Of a DNA stretch of 64,000 nucleotides, positions 58,818 to 64,000 are shown one piece after another. Location: NCBI GenBank assembly GCA_963783305.1, contig CAWAMW010000015.1, positions 32,001-96,000 of the forward strand, read 5' to 3'. Every line of letters starts with the position of its first letter. The stretch's first letter is position 1. A program made the translations under genes and the position numbers. The DNA comes from an uncultured Gemmatimonadales bacterium. Lineage in GTDB: Bacteria > Gemmatimonadota > Gemmatimonadetes > Longimicrobiales > RSA9. Under the pieces are notes generated by a model that saw only the letters and a list, made by a program, of their open reading frames with translations, had not been told where the DNA came from and did no database searches.

Positions 58818-59150
58818 TCAAAGCAGGCGCGCCCCGGGCGGCACATCCCCATCCGGAACGCACAGCGACACCCGCCCCTGCTCGTCGTGGAAGCCCGTCA
58901 CCAGGCACTCCGACTCGACGGGGCCGATCTGCTTCGGCGGGAAGTTCACCACGCCCACCACCATCCGCCCGACGAGCTGATCCGGCTCGTACAGCTCCGT
59001 GATCTGTGCGCTCGACGTGAGCACGCCGATCTCCGGCCCGAAATCCACTCGCAGCACGTACGCCGGCTTCCGCGCTTCCGGGAACTGGCGCGCCTCGATG
59101 ATCCGGCCCGCCCGCAGATCGACGCGCTCGAAATCCTCCCAGGTGATCAT
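58818..59150 (-). CDS. csaA: tRNA-binding OB-fold protein/export chaperone CsaA
   Basis: [41 protein letters not shown]. Confidence 0.92.
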   Translation of the reverse strand: MITWEDFERVDLRAGRIIEARQFPEARKPAYVLRVDFGPEIGVLTSSAQITELYEPDQLVGRMVVGVVNFPPKQIGPVESECLVTGFHDEQGRVSLCVPDGDVPPGARLL

Positions 59151-59159
59151 GTCGTGACG

Positions 59160-59648
59160 CTACCGCTCGTCGGCCGTGGGGCCGTAAATCGACGGCAGCG
59201 GCACGTCCAGGAGCCGGAGGTAGACCGTCAGCTGACCGCGATGGTGGATCAGATGGCTCAGGTGTTGTCTGGCCGCCGTGCGCCGGGGAGCCGCGAACAT
59301 GACCCTGTCGCCGTGGCGGAGCGTCCACTCCACGTCCAGCGCCTCACCGGTGACGTCCCGAAGCGCTTCCCGTGACGTGGCCGCCCCGTCCTCGAACACC
59401 TCGAGCAGCGCTTCCGTCGGCTCGAAGCTGTACTTCAGGTCGGATTTCGCGAAGTCGAGCTCCGTCGCCGTGAGCGTGGAGCCGATCCACGCCGGCATCC
59501 ACGCCACCAGCTGCGCCAGGTGCCCCAGTGGGAACGACTTCTCGTGCGGCTTCCACTCGCCGTGCTCGGTGGGCACCCGCGCCAGCAGCCGCCGCGTGGC
59601 GTCCATCTCGTAGTCGAACTCGTCCAGCGGGATCAGTGGCTCACTCAT
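59160..59648 (-). CDS. DinB family protein
   Basis: TRRLLARVP, WKPHEKS, HLIHHRGQLTVYLR, PSIYGPTADE. Confidence 0.9.
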   Translation of the reverse strand: MSEPLIPLDEFDYEMDATRRLLARVPTEHGEWKPHEKSFPLGHLAQLVAWMPAWIGSTLTATELDFAKSDLKYSFEPTEALLEVFEDGAATSREALRDVTGEALDVEWTLRHGDRVMFAAPRRTAARQHLSHLIHHRGQLTVYLRLLDVPLPSIYGPTADER

Positions 59649-60651
59649 CGGGTTCCTCCGCAGTGGATGGGGCGCGACCGCCCCAGTGCTCGAAGACCGC
59701 TCCGGACACGGCGCGGATCAGCGCCTCGCCTTCATTGTCCCGTTCCCAGCGCGCGTCCTCCTGCTCGCGGGTCATGATGCACAGTACGTAATCGCCGGCG
59801 GGCGCATTGACCAGAAGCACCTCCGACCGCGCGCGGCTCACCGCGCCGGGCTTCGCCGCCACGTTCACGTCCGCGGGCAGGACCGAGGTCGCACCGTCGG
59901 GCCACCAGCTCCTGCTCAGCAGCCGGTACATCTCGTTCGAGGCCTCCTCGCTCACGACCGCGCCGTTCCGGATCATGGTCAGCAGCCGCGCCATCTCTCT
60001 CGGTGTGCTCTGGCCCCAGCCGTAGACCTCCCAGTCACCGTTCCGGCCGTCGACCCGCGAGTTGACCCGCGTGTGCTCGAAACCCCGCTCGGTCAGCCAC
60101 TCGTTCACCTCGCCACCGCCCACGAGACCCTGGATCCACAGGCTCGCCGTGTTGTCGCTCAGCACGATCATCTGGACCGCGAGCTGCCAGAGCGACAGCT
60201 CCGACCCCGCACTCAGCTTGTTCACCAGATCCTCCTCGCTCTCGTAGTACAGCGAGTCCGCATACTCCAGGCGCGCATCCAGATCCAGCCGCCCCTCCGC
60301 CGCCGCCTCGTACAGCCCGATCAGCAGCGGCACCTTCACCATGCTCGCCGTCGGATAGATCTCGTCCGCGGCAATGCTCACTTCCGCGCCGGTCCCGAGC
60401 CGCCGGGCGTACACCCCCACGTGTCCGCCGAACCCGTCGAGCAGCCCCTGCAGCTCGGCCTCCAGCTCCCGGTCGGTCGCGTCCGCACCGGGGTCGGCGG
60501 CGGCGGCGGTCCGTGCCGTTGCGCCCGATGAGCACGCAAGCGCGGGCAGGATGACCAGGGGCAGGAACATCAGCGGACGAGTCCATGGGGGCCGGCGGCG
60601 GAAGGGTCGGGCCGCGGACGGTGACGCTGACGGTGGAGTCGGGAGGCGCAT
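59641..60651 (-). CDS. class A beta-lactamase-like serine hydrolase, lipoprotein
   Basis: TASMVK (SxxK), SDN, STPREM, and KPG at the KTG position. Confidence 0.85.
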   Translation of the reverse strand: MRLPTPPSASPSAARPFRRRPPWTRPLMFLPLVILPALACSSGATARTAAAADPGADATDRELEAELQGLLDGFGGHVGVYARRLGTGAEVSIAADEIYPTASMVKVPLLIGLYEAAAEGRLDLDARLEYADSLYYESEEDLVNKLSAGSELSLWQLAVQMIVLSDNTASLWIQGLVGGGEVNEWLTERGFEHTRVNSRVDGRNGDWEVYGWGQSTPREMARLLTMIRNGAVVSEEASNEMYRLLSRSWWPDGATSVLPADVNVAAKPGAVSRARSEVLLVNAPAGDYVLCIMTREQEDARWERDNEGEALIRAVSGAVFEHWGGRAPSTAEEPDE

Positions 60652-60742
60652 GGCTAGCTCGGGGTGATGTGTGAAGGCTGCGGGATCGGAGCGTATCTTG
60701 CACGCCGCGAAGTCGACGCGCCATTCCCTCCGAGGAGAGTTC

Positions 60743-61120
60743 ATGTCCATCCGCACACTCTCGACCGTTGCTCTGGCACTCGGACTCGCCACGGCCTGTG
60801 CCCCCGGCACGGGCGGCCAGGCGCCCTCCCCGTCGGACGGGGTCACGACGATCAGCGTGATCCACGATGTCCGTTCGGCGACATCGCTCACGGTCTTCCT
60901 CGTCACGCCGACCCGCGCGGAGCGGCGGCTCGGCGTGGTGCGGCCCGGGAGCGTGGAGCGGTTCGAGTTCACGGACCCGCCGATCTCGGGTCAGTACCGG
61001 CTGATCGCTCGCCTGTCCAACGGCCGCACGTACACGTCGCGGGAGTTCATCCTCCTGGGGCGCGACGGAGTGGAGTGGAGCCCGGGCGACAACATCGTGT
61101 CACCGATCTCGCGGAACTGA
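60743..61120 (+). CDS. hypothetical lipoprotein (beta-rich)
   Basis: GAGGAG RBS; lipobox ATAC. Confidence 0.75.
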   Translation: MSIRTLSTVALALGLATACAPGTGGQAPSPSDGVTTISVIHDVRSATSLTVFLVTPTRAERRLGVVRPGSVERFEFTDPPISGQYRLIARLSNGRTYTSREFILLGRDGVEWSPGDNIVSPISRN

Positions 61121-61154
61121 CCCGTGCCCGTGGCCCCTCCTCGAGACTCAGCGC

Positions 61155-61475
61155 ATGGGTAAGCGTCGCGAAACCCGCCACTCCGATTCCGTCCCCCGGA
61201 CGCTCCACACGGAGCGCGTGGTGGATACCCTCGACCTGCACGGCTTCACCGGGGACCAGGCGGAGCGTCGTCTGGAGATGTTCCTCGACCGCGTGGCGGC
61301 CGCCTCGCCGAACACCGTGGTGAGGATCATCACGGGGCGCGGCTCCGGATCGGCCGGCCCGCCGGTACTCCAGGGGCTCGTGCGCGACGCGCTCACCGGG
61401 TGGCTCGAGCACCGGGTAGCGGAATGGGCGGTGGACCTGGGCGGTGGTGCCTATCTGGTGCGGGTCAGGCGCTGA
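61155..61475 (+). CDS. stand-alone Smr/MutS domain protein
   Basis: LDLHG, IITGRGSGS, GGGAYLV. Confidence 0.9.
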   Translation: MGKRRETRHSDSVPRTLHTERVVDTLDLHGFTGDQAERRLEMFLDRVAAASPNTVVRIITGRGSGSAGPPVLQGLVRDALTGWLEHRVAEWAVDLGGGAYLVRVRR

Positions 61476-61537
61476 CGGCCGGGGCGACGTACCTTCCCGG
61501 GGACCCGTCCACACACCGACAACGAGAGGTGCGCACC

Positions 61538-62671
61538 ATGGCCGCCGCGACTCCGGTCGACCCCGATGGCCTGCTCGAGTACTCCGTGGTCTTCACCGAC
61601 CGCTCGCTCAACCACATGTCCGCGCGGTTCCAGCGCGTCATGCGGGACATCTCCGAGACGCTCCGGAACACATACGCCGCGGCCGCCGTCGTGGTGGTCC
61701 CCGGCGGGGGCACCTACGGCATGGAGGCCATCGCCCGCCAGTTCGCCCACGACCGCAGCTGCCTCGTGGTCCGAAACGGCTACTTCAGCTATCGCTGGAG
61801 CCAGATCTTCGACACGGGCAGGATCACGGACAGCGTCGTCGTGCTGAAGGCGAAGCCGGCGGCTGCGGGGCCCCGAGCGGCGTGGGCGCCGCCGCCACTG
61901 GCGGCGACGCTCGCGGCGATCCGGGAGCACGAGCCCGACCTGGTCTTCGCGCCCCATGTGGACACGTCCTCCGGGATCATCCTCCCGCCCGACTACCTGC
62001 GTGCCCTCGCGGACGCCGTCCACGCCCACGGCGGCCTCTTCGTCCTGGACTGCGTGGCGTCCGGCGCGGTGTGGGTCGACATGCGCGAGAGCGCCGTGGA
62101 TATCCTGCTCTCGGCGCCGCAGAAGGGGTGGAGCGCGCCGCCGTCCTCGGCTCTCATCATGCTCGGCGAGGAGGCCGCCGCTCGGTTGGAGCAGACGCAC
62201 AGCAGCAGCTTCGCCTGCGATCTGCGACGGTGGCGGGAGATCATGCGCGCCTACGAGGAGGGCGGACACGCCTACCACGCCACCCTCCCCACCGACGCAC
62301 TCACCCGCTTCCGCGACGCCATGCTCGAGACCGTCGAGATGGGCCTGAACGAGGCGGAACGGCGGCAGTGGGAGCTCGGAAACCGTGTCCGCGACCTCCT
62401 GGCGCAGCACGGGTTCCCCAGCGTCGCCGCACCTGGCTTCGAGGCGCCCGGCGTGGTGGTCAGCTACACCGACGATCCGCTCATCCAGAACGGAAAGAAG
62501 TTCGCCGAGGCCGGCCTCCAGATCGCCGGCGGCGTGCCGCTAATGTGCGGCGAGCCCGACGACTTCCGCACCTTCCGACTGGGCCTCTTCGGCCTGGACA
62601 AGTGGGAGGACGTGGACGGCAGCGTCCGGAAGGTGGAGGCGGCGCTCGAGGAGGTGGGCCGGACGGGATAG
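61538..62671 (+). CDS. class V aminotransferase (alanine-glyoxylate/serine-pyruvate family)
   Basis: LLEYSVVFTDRSLNHMS, LDCVASG, SAPQKGWS, FRLGLFGLDK. Confidence 0.9.
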   Translation: MAAATPVDPDGLLEYSVVFTDRSLNHMSARFQRVMRDISETLRNTYAAAAVVVVPGGGTYGMEAIARQFAHDRSCLVVRNGYFSYRWSQIFDTGRITDSVVVLKAKPAAAGPRAAWAPPPLAATLAAIREHEPDLVFAPHVDTSSGIILPPDYLRALADAVHAHGGLFVLDCVASGAVWVDMRESAVDILLSAPQKGWSAPPSSALIMLGEEAAARLEQTHSSSFACDLRRWREIMRAYEEGGHAYHATLPTDALTRFRDAMLETVEMGLNEAERRQWELGNRVRDLLAQHGFPSVAAPGFEAPGVVVSYTDDPLIQNGKKFAEAGLQIAGGVPLMCGEPDDFRTFRLGLFGLDKWEDVDGSVRKVEAALEEVGRTG

Positions 62672-62700
62672 CAGAGCCGGATCGCAGCCCAGCACAGCTG

Positions 62701-62843
62701 CGGACCAGGTTCCATATTCCACTTTACGCAGTTCGGGCCCCCAAGCACGGGCAGCGCCGCGGACCGCGGCAGGGAAGGATCAAGGTCGGGCCGGCCATCA
62801 GCATAGCTGAATGGGTCGAAAGTGGAATATGGAACCTGGTCCG
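62701..62843. repeat. element bounded by perfect 25-bp inverted repeats (MITE/REPIN-like)
   Basis: CGGACCAGGTTCCATATTCCACTTT (62701-25) and its exact reverse complement (62819-43), 93-bp spacer, between convergent genes. Confidence 0.85.
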
Positions 62844-62866
62844 GTACGTTATGGTCCGGTACGTTA
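62837..62866. repeat. 15-bp tandem direct repeat
   Basis: TGGTCCGGTACGTTA twice; overlaps the right inverted repeat and the stop codon of the neighbouring gene. Confidence 0.9.
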
Positions 62867-63442
62867 CACCGACCCCACCACCGCTTCCCCCTCCCCCGCG
62901 GTGAAATACACCGTCTCCTGCGACCGCTCGGGGAACCGGACGAACTTCATGACGTTGCGCTGATCGTCGAACAGCTCGAAGAGGAGTGTGTTGCGGACGG
63001 TGAATCGCGCGATCGGGGCGTCGGCCTGATACCGCACGACCACCCACCAGGCGGGGTGCCGGTCCAGCTGGTCCTCGCCGCTCTCCACGATCGAGGGCGT
63101 CAGCAGAGCGCCGTCCAGCTCGACCCGCAGGTGGTCGCGCAGGTAGCGGAGGACCAGCGCGTCGGCCTCGGCGCCCCGCGTCAACGTAACCATGTCCGCT
63201 CCCAGGAGGGGACCCAGCGCCTGCTCCAGCTCGTGCTTGAAGAAGCGCAGCCGTCCCGCCATGACGCTCCCCTCGATGGCTATGTCGGCCGTAACGGTGT
63301 GGAGGTCGTGAACGGGCAGCAGCTCCGACGGGCCCGCGTCCGCCGGCGCCCCTCCTGCTCCCGACGTGGAGAGCAGGAGGAGCAGCGGCGGAAGGAGCCG
63401 CCGGACCCCGGCGTGTCCGGGGCTACGGGGTCGCGCTCGCAT
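62864..63442 (-). CDS. DUF6702-like secreted protein
   Basis: Signal-like N-terminus, HDLH, FFKHELEQAL, NTLLFELFDDQRNV; follows the M1 peptidase. Confidence 0.7.
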   Translation of the reverse strand: MRARPRSPGHAGVRRLLPPLLLLLSTSGAGGAPADAGPSELLPVHDLHTVTADIAIEGSVMAGRLRFFKHELEQALGPLLGADMVTLTRGAEADALVLRYLRDHLRVELDGALLTPSIVESGEDQLDRHPAWWVVVRYQADAPIARFTVRNTLLFELFDDQRNVMKFVRFPERSQETVYFTAGEGEAVVGSV

Positions 63443-64000
63443 TGCTTTCGACGCCCGCCGCGACCCAGGTGTTGTTGTCGCGATCGATGTCGGCAAAGGA
63501 CTCGTCGGGGTCGATCGTGACGCTCACCAGGTCGCGGTCGCTGAAGAAGCCCTTGGTGAAGGAGAGCTCGTTGTTGCGCCAGACGTCCACGGGGAGGTCG
63601 AAGCGCTCGGTGGTGCCGTCGGTGTAGACCGCTTCGATCTCCAGGGGCATGACCAGACCGCCCCGGTTCTCGACGGTGACGCGGTAGTAGTGGCTTCCAT
63701 TCTCCGCGGTACCCAGCAGCTCCGTGGCGTCCTGCGCGGAGACGTCCGCGATGGCCTGGTCGTTGGCGTGCGTGGTGTAGAACCAGCCGCGCCAGAACCA
63801 GTTCATGTTCTCCCCGGCGCCCTCCTCCATGGAGCGGAAGAAGTCGGCGGGCTGCGGGTGCTTGAACGCCCACGTCTTCGAGTAGCCGCCGAAGGCGTCA
63901 TCGAAGGCCTCGTTGCCGAGCACGTCCTCGCGGAGCATGTGGAGCCCGGTGGCGGGCTTGGCGTAGCCGTTGTTCCCGAAGTCCTTGTGAATGAGGTCGG
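63423..64000 (-). CDS. M1 family metallopeptidase, C-terminal part (start outside window)
   Basis: GNNGYAKPATGLHMLRE, WAFKHPQPADFFRSME, WFWRGWF, IDP...DIDRDNN. Confidence 0.9.
   Translation of the reverse strand, partial: DLIHKDFGNNGYAKPATGLHMLREDVLGNEAFDDAFGGYSKTWAFKHPQPADFFRSMEEGAGENMNWFWRGWFYTTHANDQAIADVSAQDATELLGTAENGSHYYRVTVENRGGLVMPLEIEAVYTDGTTERFDLPVDVWRNNELSFTKGFFSDRDLVSVTIDPDESFADIDRDNNTWVAAGVESNASATP

Noticed and set aside
59641..60651. Functional class A beta-lactamase
   Set aside because: KPG replaces KTG and no clear omega-loop ExxLN is visible; more likely a PBP-like serine hydrolase.
61155..61475. Ribosome-rescue cluster (Smr with prfC and ABC-F)
   Set aside because: The genes are tens of kb apart with no linkage; they are ordinary dispersed housekeeping genes.
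1..64000. tRNA, rRNA, known riboswitches, prophage or defence systems
   Set aside because: No recognisable signatures by eye; a tRNAscan/Infernal/DefenseFinder run would be needed to exclude divergent cases.

Overview
GC-rich bacterial chromosome segment of about 65 CDS. The ADOP permeases with an Acidobacterial-type PadR, the SusC/SusD pair, the many secreted peptidases and the small orphan envelope proteins suggest Gemmatimonadota or a relative (inference only). Most of it is ordinary housekeeping and peptide-scavenging content: prfC, ABC-F, WrbA, cold-shock protein, CsaA, Smr, MscS, a hybrid histidine kinase, GH9, and S8/S9/S12/S33/S45/M1/M14/M20/T2 hydrolases. I see no rRNA, tRNA, CRISPR array or prophage. 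The most unusual feature is an uninterrupted IS1595/ISXO2-like transposase ORF (10012-10857). It keeps its zinc ribbon, HTH and C-terminal motif but has lost the acidic catalytic motifs, and it has a sigma54-like promoter. It lies next to one of two short elements (11028-11170 and 28201-28288) bounded by the same ~20-30 bp inverted repeat, making it a candidate domesticated-transposase/repeat system. Also notable: a second, unrelated perfect 25-bp inverted-repeat element (62701-62843), two probable CTG-initiated genes coupled by CTGA overlaps in one operon, a terminator-like hairpin in the cold-shock gene leader, and several sigma54-like promoters in front of small orphan envelope genes. All product calls come from motif recognition by eye; no database search was run.
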